NCBI GenBank assembly: GCA_002269645.1
Contig: NIVC01002751.1
Coordinates: 79,361-143,360, forward strand
DNA length: 64,000 bases
Direction of reading: 5' to 3'
Origin: Macrostomum lignano
Lineage: Eukaryota
Shown here: positions 1-11,100 of the stretch, in pieces
How the letters are laid out: each line of letters begins with the position of its first letter
Numbering within the stretch: the first letter of the stretch is position 1
Notes under the pieces: generated by a model
The model's database searches: none
Told to the model about the DNA's origin: nothing
Seen by the model: the letters and a program-made list of their open reading frames with translations, nothing else
Program-made: the position numbers and the translations under genes

Positions 1-723
1 AAAAAAGGAAAATATATTAATATTCATTCATTTTAAATGATTACCTATAGGCCTAATACAACAATCAATTTAGAAATAATATTAATTCTTAAACATGGAA
101 ATTTTAAATAACAAAGCCTAACAATTTCTTTAAAGAACTCTTTAGTATAGTTTATAGATCATATAGGTAGACCAAGTAAATGCAATATTAATAGCAAATA
201 TGGTAATTAATGAATGTTTTTTTACTTTTTAAAAGTATATATTGTCTAATATCATAGTTAATTTTATAAAATTTCAATAAAAAGCAATTAATCAATCATT
301 AGTTTTTTTATTGCATGTGTTATAACATATAAATCTTAATTTTGGCATCCTTAATTTGGATCCCCAAACAATAAGTTGGCACCCTTTGTAGAAGGTCCAT
401 TTTTTATATTTTTTGGAACATCAATAAATTTATGTTTATTTTGATTTTCTGGAATTTCAAAAGTAATTTTAAGTTTAAAAATTGAATATAGAATTTTGCA
501 ATTCCTATGGATCAGAAATGCTTAGCAATGTAAGGGTAGAAAAATATATTGGTATTTTATTTGATTTTGAGCTTTCTGACTGATGCCAAATGGCACTGCA
601 ATTCTAAGACAAAAAAACATGTTTTTCTTTATTGTCCAACCACAGAAGTTGTGTATGCAAATGTGTTTGTTATTATATTTATAAATAATGAGTGCAAGTT
701 TATGTGTGAAAACAAGCCCTGCT

Positions 724-1038
724 CATACATGCGCAACAGTCGGCCGAGTCGGCCGATCCGGCCGAGTCGGCCGATCCGGCCGACCAATTTGGCGGCCAAC
801 CAAGGAGGTCGCAAAAATGCCCACCCAAAAAAAGAACTAAGTAGTAGTACTAAGTAGCTGACGAGGCATTTTGGCTTAATAATACAGTCATAGTTACTCC
901 TGCCGTTTACCCAAAGTTGCGTTAATTTTGCTTTCGGGTTATTTTCATGTAAGTCGCATTTTTGGCCAAAAACTACGTCACATTTTTGTTAAAACTAAGT
1001 CGCATGGCCGACCGAATTTCGGAGGTTGCGCATGTATG
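724..1038. mobile_element. Non-autonomous hAT-type MITE (315 bp)
   Basis: Perfect 14-bp TIRs CATACATGCGCAAC (724-737) / GTTGCGCATGTATG (1025-1038), flanked by a perfect 8-bp direct repeat GCCCTGCT (716-723, 1039-1046); 8-bp TSD is typical of hAT. Internal CGGCCGA(G/T/C) subterminal repeats at 741-785. Confidence 0.85.
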
Positions 1039-1233
1039 GCCCTGCTGCTTTTGTGTCTAATTTGAGCTTTGATTCCAATAGGGTTGTTCAAAAGGAAAAG
1101 TATGAGAAGAGTAATATTTGTGCCTGATTTCTATTTGAGGTAATACCCCCCCCCCCTATGTATATTTAGTAATTTACTATCCAAGCTAAGTAATGATTTA
1201 AATATATGCTTTTTAATAATCAGACTTTGAATA

Positions 1234-4200
1234 ATGCATGAAAGGCCTGTCAATCTGACTGGCAGTGACGGCCTACCAATGGCGCACAGTGCAGCCGCAA
1301 GCGGCTCTAAAGATCGCGAATTCGCTACTGCTGACAGCAGCTCAGTCAGCAATGAGATGACCGCCAAATTGAATGCCAGCTTGTACAGCTGGTCGCAAGC
1401 GGAGCTAGCCGTTGTTGCTGACGTCCTTGACACTTGGCATCTGGCCAGCGCTCGGGCAATTTGGCTTCGCCTGCTCCGCCGAGTACCCGGCACAGACAAG
1501 AAGCCGCGCGATGTTGAAACTCTTCTAGAACGCATTGCCAGGTATTCCAATCTGACCCAGTCTGCCGATACTTCTTGTGCCGGAAGTGCCACCGACGACA
1601 ATCCGACATCTATGGACGCATTCCTGTGCATGCTAGACGATCTTGTACCCGGCGGCCTGGACTTCTCAACTGAGCTGGCCGACGTGCTGATTGAATCAGC
1701 TAGCACGGCCTCCGGGCAGCTTGCCGAGGCCTATTTATTTTTAGCTAGCCTGCTGGACGGCCGGCCAGCCACTGGGTTGGACAGTGTGTCCCCGGCAGTC
1801 TGCAAGCGTCTGCTCGGCATGCTGACCGACCTTCTACCGTTAGCTAAGTCGGCCACCGAGCAGCGCGACTGTCTGTACCGCCTGCTTGGCTTGGCGCACA
1901 CCTCTGCCAGCTTGCCTCGGGCTACGGTGTTTCGCGATCGTCTTCAATCGCTACTGCGAATGCCGCTCAGCTCGAAAGCGTCCACCGCTGCTAGGAGCGA
2001 TGATGTTGCTGACGAAGATGCAGTCGATGACAGCTGGCTTCGAAGCCGGTGCGCTTTGCTGGCTGACTACGCGGAGTATAGCGTGAATCCATTGAATCTG
2101 TCCGACCAGCTATTGGCCTCGTTCCCTAGCAACGATGCCGAACCAAAAGAATTCAATATCGATGCTGAAGACGCGCCTACTACTAGCAGTAGTAGCTTTA
2201 TGAAGCGCTATATGACTAGCCGGGCCGACTTAACCAAAGAGCTGCTGCTGCGCGGCCTGTGCGATTCCGAGTCTGATGAAGAGCAGCCCTTTAGGCGTGT
2301 CGCCTACGCCGCCGTGGCTTCGGCGCGGCCCGATGGCGCCAGGCCTCGGAAGATTCAAAGCGACGTCCCGGCTGCTGCCGTTGCTGCAAAGAAATCGACG
2401 CAAAAGCGGAAGACTGTTAAAAAGCGTGCTGGTCGGCCATCAAAGAAGGCTCAGTCGATGAAGGAATCAAGGAGTCCTAGTCCTACAAAGAAGCAAACAG
2501 GTAGAAAAAGACTGAGATTGGCTACAACTAAGTCTGTTGCAACAGCAGCCAGCAGTAGAGGTAATAAGAGACGCAAAACTTTGTTGTCTGAGACATCCCA
2601 GTCTGCTTCATCGACTAATGACAGCTCTATTGAGGAATTGTTGGCAGCTGGCCAACAGGACGATGATGCGGCCGTTGAACAAGCGTACTCTAATGAAGAA
2701 GAGCCAGGTGTGCAACCTTCCATTGACGCTAAGCAGGCACGCGCTCCTGGGGGTGAGCTACAGGCTGATTCTTCTAAGCGGCCCTCTCAAACACCTAAGT
2801 CTGTTGCAACAGCGGGCAGCAGTAGAAGTAATAAAAGGCGCAGAACTTTGCCATCGGAGACATCCCAGTCTGGTTCATCGATTGATGCCAGCTCGATTGA
2901 GGAATTGTTGGTAGCTGGCCAGCCAGACGATGATGCAGCAGTTGAACAAGCGGCTAATGAAGAAAAGTCAGGTGCACAGCCTTCCACTAAGGCTAAGCAG
3001 GTATGCGCTATTAAAGAAGGTAGGCTACAGGCTGATTCTTTTAAGCGGCCGTCTCAGACACCCAAGTCTGTTGCAACATCGGGCAGTATTAGAAGTAATA
3101 AAAGGCGCAGAACATTGCTAGCCGGGAATAAGTCCCAGTCTGTTTCATCGATTGCGACTGTGAACTCGTTGGCAGCTGTCCAACCAGACGATGGTGCAGC
3201 CGTTGAACAAGCGGCTAATGAAGAAGAGCCGGGTGTACAACCTCCCATCAAGGCTAAGAAGGCGTGCGCTCCTGGAGAAGGTGAGCTGCAGGCTGATCTC
3301 ACTAACCAGCCGTCTCAAACTCTGCCGCCAAACGAGCCATCCAGCGTTGAAATATCAGCCGAAGAGCAGCAGTCAACTAAGCCTACAGTAGAGCGGGTAG
3401 TTGTCGAGATTGTCGGAGTAGTAGAGCCGCCATTAGATCAGTTTGTTATATTGGAGAATTCTCCCAATAAGTCGGCTAATCCAGTTGATGCAGCTACTTC
3501 ATCGACTGATCAGCCATCGCATTTGTTGAGTAGCAGTGCTCAAACTCAGCAGGTAATTAGTGCTGAGTCGGTAGCGCAGACTCCGCCTGCATCAAAATCT
3601 ATAAGCAAAACTAAACCAACTCACGGCAAAGAGAACAGCGTCAGCGGCGGCTCGGGTGCATTGCGCACCGAAACAGTCATGGTCGATCCGTTCAAGGTTA
3701 ATTTGAACAAGTTCATACCCCATCGGGTTGCGAGGCCGCCAGTTTTCGAGCGGCCGAAAGCGAATATTTCTTTACCGAATCTGCCTCCGCCACCGTCGCA
3801 GCAGTCAGCTAGCGTTAGTTCTCAACCAGCTGTAGAGACTTCTACTGCGACTAGCGTAGTCTATCTTGGTCAGAAGCAGCTAACAAAAGTGCCGCTAGCG
3901 CGCCGAGGTCGGGCCAGAACCTACCGCAATAGTAGCTCAGTACCTGAGCCTGAACTCACGTCTGCGCGAGATTTAGTGCAAGCCGGTTATGCTAAGCGGG
4001 TTGGGCCTAAGCTATCGGTGCCAATTTCATCGTATGTGAAGTCTGTGGTAACCACAGATTCGACAAGGACAGCTGCTAATGCGGCGCCAGGAACAGCTGC
4101 CGCAGCGCCAGGGACAGCTATTCCGGGGCCAAGGACAGCTACCGCAGCGCCAATGACACCTACCGCAGCGTCAGGGACAGCTACCGCGGCACCGGGCGCC

Positions 4201-6267
4201 AGAAGCGGTTAGTACCGACAAAGAAATGTTAATTTAAAGCGTAGAGTTTTTTTCAAGCTTACTTTTAAGTATACGATATGGTCTTTTTAATTGCTCAAAG
4301 CAAATATCTACTAGTAAAATTTCATATGTAATAACAAAATTTCACTATAATCAGTCTATATAGCCTTAATTTAACATGTACTGTAAGAAATACTGGAACA
4401 TTTTATGTTACATTAAAACTGCGTGCCATGCCAATTGCATTTTGACTCGTATATTCAGCGAAGTAAATACTAAGTCCTTTGTTTGTTACTTAAGCACTTC
4501 CTAGTTGATTCTGGATGATTGCATACAATCTGCCTATTTGAATTTCGCTGCGTTGCTTTACAATAAGCTGCTGTATTGACTAAACTATAAGTTCAGTACT
4601 ATTTAACGAGAGATGAAAAAATCTCATTTGTTCCGTTTGATTATTTGACATTTGTTGAAACTGCTTTATCCAAGCTTATTTTGCTTTTAAATAAAATTTA
4701 GTTATCTTCCTATGCCACAATCAAGAGACCAATAGGCATCAAGATACTAAGTCAGAGGTTGACAAACTTTTTTGCCTCAAAGGTCAGGTGAAGAACCTAG
4801 CTAATGACTGCAGGCCAGATGAGAGAGAAGAGGGAATAGAGGAGACAAACGAGTTGAGGGATGAGAGAGGAGAAAAGAGAAGAGAATGGAGGTAATAGAG
4901 TTACGAAGAGACCTTGAGCTATTGTGAAGTTTCAAAGGACCGGGGCCGTGAACAGATAGATAGGTTCCCGGGCCGCATGTGTTGCCGACTCTTGTGCTAA
5001 GTGAAATACAGCTGCAGTTGCTAGGGGGCAGCCGCAGATCAAGGCGACAGTCAAACTGCAGCCAGCGACCCCTGAGCATCATCCTCATCATCTGATATAT
5101 CATCCTCAGGCAGCCAGTGGATAGGGTCTTTTATATAGGCGCAAATTGGAAGACAGGTTTTTATAGACAATTTCCGTACACTAAAACATACTTTACCAAC
5201 CCAACCGATAGGAAAAATCTAATTGAACAGCTGCTACTGCCTACTAGTGTAAGTAGTGTAAACGGAATGTAAATAAAAGAATTTTCAACTCCGCAGCCCG
5301 CCGCATGATAGCCGCCGTGCAGTCGCTGCTGTCCGATTGGCAGCCGCATGAGCTGCAGTTGGCCGTCCGGCTGGTCAAATCCAATCCGGCCATCGAGCCG
5401 GCCAGCCTTGCCGAGGCTCTACAAGTCGAGCTGGGCTCGGACAAATCCGCCGAGGACGTACGCGGCCTGTTCAATCAGCTGCTGGCTCACGCCGACGCTG
5501 TCAGCCGATCTGCTGAAGCTATTCAACGGCCCAGACGGCGGCCGCCGCTTCCCATTGTTGAAATCAGTGTCGGCAAGCCGCCTTCGATGCCGCAATTGAA
5601 ACGCCCGGCAGCCGAGTCGCAGTCGCAGAACTCTGCGTCAGTGCCGTCAAAACGCGACCGGCCAGGCCTGCCTAAAATATCGCCATTGAAGCCCCTGACT
5701 GCTCTCACCCAATCTCAGCAGAGCCCGGCCATATCGCTAACCCATATTAGTCCTAGCCAAGCCAATCAGACCCAAGCTCACGCTGCCCAGACTCCTACTC
5801 AGCCGGCTACTGAGACTGCGTCGTCTTCAACTGTGAAAATTATTCGAATTGGCGAGGCCTCATCGACAACAACAACTGTTGTTAGGAAGCCGGCGCCGAC
5901 TCCGCAGCGGCCGGTAGCGCCGCAGGTGCACACTCAGTATAGGACTGAGCGAGTCCAGCTAGACGATGCCGGATTTGTGAAGATCACCCTGCGACCGTTA
6001 CGGCAGCAGTCTGCCACTGGGCCGGGCACTCGGCCTGTCAGCTCGGCTGACTTGCCAGAGTCCGCGGTGTCGGCTCAGTCATTGACGCTTCTGCCAGCCT
6101 CCCTGCCCGTTAGTAAAGGAACTGGCGGCATCAACTTTGGCAGCCTCACTAATTCCACGTCTACTAGCGGCGGCCGGGAATTGGGCTTTTTAGAACAGCC
6201 ATCCGGCCTGCAGTTGCCGCTGCTAGTTGAGCCCAACGATGCCGACCATCCGATTCTGATTGATTGA
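1234..6267 (+). CDS. Two-exon ~1314-aa nuclear protein with two SANT/Myb-like modules (N-terminal region SNAPC2-like); exons 1234-4207 and 5297-6267
   Basis: The 992-aa and 320-aa ORFs join in frame via a phase-1 donor G|GTTAGT (4207/4208) and acceptor TTTTCAACTCCGCAG| (5296). Both carry a W-x3-E...K-x3-DV-x2-L helical motif (SWSQAELAVV...DKKPRDVETLLERI; DWQPHELQLAVRL...DKSAEDVRGLFNQL). Basic NLS/AT-hook-like motifs (KRAGRPSKK, RRGRAR). Family call from memory only. Confidence 0.7.
2530..3320 (+). repeat. Three in-frame 267-bp (89-aa) coding repeats
   Basis: AAGTCTGTTGCAACA recurs at 2530, 2797 and 3064; each unit encodes KSVAT..NKRR(R/K)TL..SQS..DD.AAVEQA.NEE..ELQAD; third copy is shorter and more diverged. 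Confidence 0.9.
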
Positions 6268-6588
6268 CTCATGCATTGACTTCTGTACTTATTGTATTTA
6301 ACTGTAACGGGTAGTGTTGAAGGGGACTATAAGGTGTTTTTTGAGTACGAGTTGTGTCTGCTGCTAGATTCAAGCAATTTATCTAACAGGCGCTTCTCTT
6401 AGCTCTTTAAAACTGTTTTGTATGTGTTAATTTAATAAGAACTGGTGCTTAACTTATTTGACCCATAGAGTTGCAAAGTACTCGTAGGTTGTGCATGAAT
6501 CAGGGACTACTCAATAACTAGGGACGGGGAACTACGAAATTTGGAGGCCCGATCTATTAATAACTTAGTCCTCGTAAAGCATTACCTG

Positions 6589-6709
6589 CATGCATGCGCA
6601 ACCTTGGGATTCACCCGGCCGTTTCTATTGACAACACACACACACACACACATGTAAGTCGCTATTGGCTGAGAGCAGTCACATGACTAGTATTCTGTCC
6701 AATAGCGAC

Positions 6710-6763
<54 letters not shown>

Positions 6764-6808
6764 CCAATAGAAACGGCAGGGTGAATCCCTAGGTTGCGCC
6801 CAAGCATG
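6589..6808. mobile_element. Foldback/MITE-like palindrome with (CA)n/(TG)n inside the arms
   Basis: 6596-6668 is the reverse complement of 6699-6799 apart from microsatellite length; 30-bp loop. Left end CATGCATGCGCAAC matches the 724 MITE TIR at 13/14. No clean TSD. Confidence 0.7.
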
Positions 6809-7699
6809 ATTATGGATAGGTTCTTACGGGAGCACGAGAATTTCCCACAGGAAGAAAAACCCTACGGGAAAACCTCGCCGGGAAAAATTCTCACGGGAAA
6901 TTCTCATAGACCCGTTCTTAACTACAGCCACAAACTTACATGCTACATTCGCGTGTAGCCTTATCTTCAGTTAGGCTTGGCCATAGGACAGTGCTTTTAA
7001 ACGAGTCACATACTTTTTTTACAATGAGTAAGTGATTAAGTTGTCCTTGAAGTATTTGTTCTTTGTATGGTTAAAATTCACTGAAAAAAAGTTCTTTAAC
7101 GTGTCAGCCTGATTATTGAGCGTTTGTTTTAAACAAACAACTTGTTCTCTGCAAACACTGTGCATTAATAATCTGTAGGCAAAAGTATCAATTTATATTT
7201 GGAAACGCCGTCGTAGTAGATAATCTATAATTTAGATAATCCTTTGGTTCTGTCTGCTACTTAAAGCGTGGCTTGATTAACATTCAATTTGGCAACGGCT
7301 AGCAATCACAATTTTAGTTTCTAAAATGTTTTATCAACTTGCACTCGTTTAAAGGTTACAATTGACCGTGTAAATTCATCGCCATTGCTAGCAGATTTTT
7401 TAATTTACATGTATTTTTATTAGGTACCACGTTCTTCTTTCCCGCTCTGGTTTTGCTATGCATTTTATTCACTTTTAAATAATTACTATGCCTAATGCTG
7501 TTATCTCTGATATGTCTCGGAAATAGTTTGTTGCAATCGTTGTAATATTCATTTGTACTGCGATCTCATTTCATTGAGTATATTATCATCTGTGTGTATT
7601 ATCTGCATCGTTTCTCCGTGTATTTAACATGAATGCTGGGTAATTTAAATTTTCAATTTCGTAATAATGTCCAAAGTATTAAGGTAGTTAAGGGACTGA

Positions 7700-8057
7700 G
7701 GGACCAGTGTTGAGCAAGCGGTAGAAGCCACACTGAGAGACCCCGTGGTGTTGAGTAAGCGGTAGAAGCCACACTGAGAGACCCCGTGGTGTTGAGTAAG
7801 CGGTAGAAGCCACACTGGGGGACCCGTGATATTGAGTAAGCGGTAGAAGCCACACTGGGGGACCCGTGATATTGAGTAAGCGGTAGAAGCCACACTGGGG
7901 GACCCGTGATATTGAGTAAGCGGTAGAAGCCACACTGGGGGACCCGTGATATTGAGTAAGCGGTAGAAGCCACACTGGGGGACCCGTGATATTGAGTAAG
8001 CGGTAGAAGCCACACTGGGGGACCCGTGATATTGAGTAAGCGGTAGAAGCCACACTG
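7700..8057. repeat. 40-bp minisatellite, ~9 copies, just upstream of SMARCD
   Basis: Unit GGGGACCCGTGATATTGAGTAAGCGGTAGAAGCCACACTG. Confidence 0.95.
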
Positions 8058-8150
8058 AAGTGACTGGTCTACGCCATTTCTCTAATTGAAATTTTTATTT
8101 CCTAAAAAGTAGCAAGTTCTCTGCTCTCCTAATCGATAAATGTGTTTCCA

Positions 8151-11100
8151 ATGCGTGACATGGTACCAACCCATTGCAGCCAGCAGTTTAACAATTCAAA
8201 CAATATGCAGCCTCGTCCGGCATTCCCGTGCGGCCCGCCAGGCGCCAGCAGTCCCGGCCCTGCCGCAGCCGGCGGAAGCGGCGCACCCCCTGGAGGCTAT
8301 CCGCCTATGCCGCCAGGCGGGCCGCCTGCCCAATATCGCCCAGGACCGCCGCCGCCACCGCCCGCTCAAGTCGGTCCGGCTCCGCCGCCGCAGCCGCCTC
8401 CGCCGACTTCAGCATCCTCGACTTCTTCGTCGTCGTCTTCTCGACGCGGCGGCGGAGGCGGAGGCGGCGTCTCGTCCCAGCAGCGTCAGTCGTCGGGCTA
8501 CATGCAGCCGGGAGGAGGCGGCAGTGGTCCCTATCCGCCACCCCGGCCGCCGCCACAGCAGCAGCAGCAGCAGCAGCAACAGTCTGGTATGCCGATGCTA
8601 TCAGCTAAACGAAAGCGCCGTCACGCTGACCGGCTGCTGTCTGAGCGAATCCAACAGCTGGTGCCGGAATCTTCCAGCTATATGGAGCTGCTTAAACTGG
8701 AAAAGAAGCTGGACCAGGTACATTTTTACGTATTGATAAGAGTTGTGGTCCGTCTGGCTTTGGACTGCTGGTCGATTTCGCAAGCTCGGAATTTCACCTT
8801 GTCGTAGATTCGAGCTTGGGGAGTTTCGAGCTTGGGGAGTTTCGAGCTTGTGAAGTTTTGAGCTTGGGAGTTTCAGGCTTGGGGAGTTTCGAGCTTGGGG
8901 AGTTTCGAGCTTGGGGAGTTTCGAGTAAGTCTAACTCTGGTAATTAAGATTCAAAAAGTAACTCTACCAAGATAAAATACTTACCTGACTGTTATTATTT
9001 GATTGTTGAAATATTGATAAAAATGAAATGGAATAGACACAACAGAGACAAGGGATTAAGACACAACTAAGTCAGGGGATATAGGCACCACTGAGATAGG
9101 AAATAAAGACACATCTGAGAGACGGGTAAAGACACGAGCTAGGCTATTAAGAGTGGCTTCTTCCTTTTTAAGAGGTACGGTGTTGGCAACTTAATATCTG
9201 GAGCTAGCAAAGAGCCCAACAGTTCTACTAATGTACTGAAGGCTGTAGCAACTCCCCCCCCCCCTCATATTAAACCAGGTGATTTTGCGCAAGAAACTGG
9301 CCATCCAAGAGGCCCAGAAGAAGCCGCAAAAGCTGCGCCGCAAGCTGCGCATTCTGATTAGCAACCAGTTCAATCCGGGCACGGATCCAAGCGCCGAGCC
9401 TGGCGGTCCCGAGCCAGTTGTCCCCAACTGGGAAGTTCGAGTCGAAGGCCGCTTAGTAGAAGATGGGGCCGGGGACTCGGCTAAAGCTAAGCGCAAATTC
9501 TCCAGCTACTTCAAGAGTCTGGTCATCGAGCTGGACAAAACTCTGTACGGCCCGGATAATCACCTGGTTGAGTGGCACCGGTCACCTAATACACAGGAGA
9601 CCGATGGCTTTCAGGTGTGTCTTTATCCCCTGTCTCGGTTGTGTCTTTATCCCCTGTCTCAGCTGTGTTTTTATCCCCTGTCTTAGTTGTGTCTTCATCT
9701 CCTGTCTCAGTTGTGTCTTTATCCCCTGTCTCAGTTGTGTCTTTATTCCCTGTCTCAGTTGTGTTTTTATCCCCTGTCTTAGTTGTGTCTTCATCTCCTG
9801 TCTCAGTTGTGTCTTTATCCCCTGTCTCAGTTGTGTCTTTATCCCCTGTCTCAGTTGTGTCTTTATCCCCTGTCTCAGTTGTGTCTTTATCCCCTGTCTC
9901 AGCTGTGTTTTTATCCCCTGTCTTAGTTGTGTCTTCATCTCCTGTCTCAGTTGTGTCTTTATCCCCTGTCTCAGTTGTGTCTTTATCCCCTGTCTCAGTT
10001 GTGTCTTTATCCCCTGTCTCAGTTGTGTCTTTATTCCCTGTCTTAGTTGTGTCTTCATCTCCTGTCTCAGTTGTGTCTTTATCCCCTGTCTCAGTTGTGT
10101 CTTTATTCCCTGTCTCAGTTGTGTTTTTATCCCCTGTCTTAGTTGTGTCTTCATCTCCTGTCTCAGTTGTGTCTTTATCCCCTGTCTCAGTTGTGTCTTT
10201 ATCCCCTGTCTCAGTTGTGTCTTTATCCCCTGTCTCAGTTGTGTCTTTATCCCCTGTCTCAGCTGTGTTTTTATCCCCTGTCTTAGTTGTGTCTTCATCT
10301 CCTGTCTCAGTTGTGTCTTTATCCCCTGTCTCAGTTGTGTCTTTATTCCCTGTCTTAGTTGTGTCTTCATCTCCTGTCTCAGTTGTGTCTTTATCCCCTG
10401 TCTCAGTTGTGTCTTTATTCCCTGTCTCAGTTGTGTTTTTATCCCCTGTCTTAGTTGTGTCTTCATCTCCTGTCTCAGTTGTGTCTTTATCCCCTGTCTC
10501 AGTTGTGTCTTTATCCCCTGTCTCAGTTGTGTCTTTATCCCCTGTCTCAGTTGTGTCTTTATCCCCTGTCTCAGCTGTGTTTTTATCCCCTGTCTTAGTT
10601 GTGTCTTCATCTCCTGTCTCAGTTGTGTCTTTATCCCCTGTCTCAGTTGTGTCTTTATCCCCTGTCTCAGTTGTGTCTTTATCCCCTGTCTCAGTTGTGT
10701 CTTTATTCCCTGTCTCAGTTGTGTTTTTATCCCCTGTCTTAGTTGTGTCTTCATCTCCTGTCTCAGTTGTGTCTTTATCCCCTGTCTCAGTTGTGTCTTT
10801 ATCCCCTGTCTCAGTTGTGTCTTTATCCCCTGTCTCAGTTGTGTCTTTATCCCCTGTCTCAGCTGTGTTTTTATCCCCTGTCTTAGTTGTGTCTTCATCT
10901 CCTGTCTCAGTTGTGTCTTTATCCCCTGTCTCAGTTGTGTCTTTATCCCCTGTCTCAGTTGTGTCTTTATCCCCTGTCTCAGTTGTGTCTTTATCCCCTG
11001 TCTCAGTTGTGTCTTTATTCCCTGTCTCAGTTGTGTCTTTATCCCCTGTCTCAGTTGTGTCTTTATCCCCTGTCTCAGTTGTGTCTTTATCCCCTGTCTC

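Noticed and set aside
1234-6267. 992-aa and 320-aa ORFs as two tandem paralogous genes
   Set aside because: A phase-matched donor and acceptor join them in frame, so one gene is more parsimonious; still needs cDNA confirmation.
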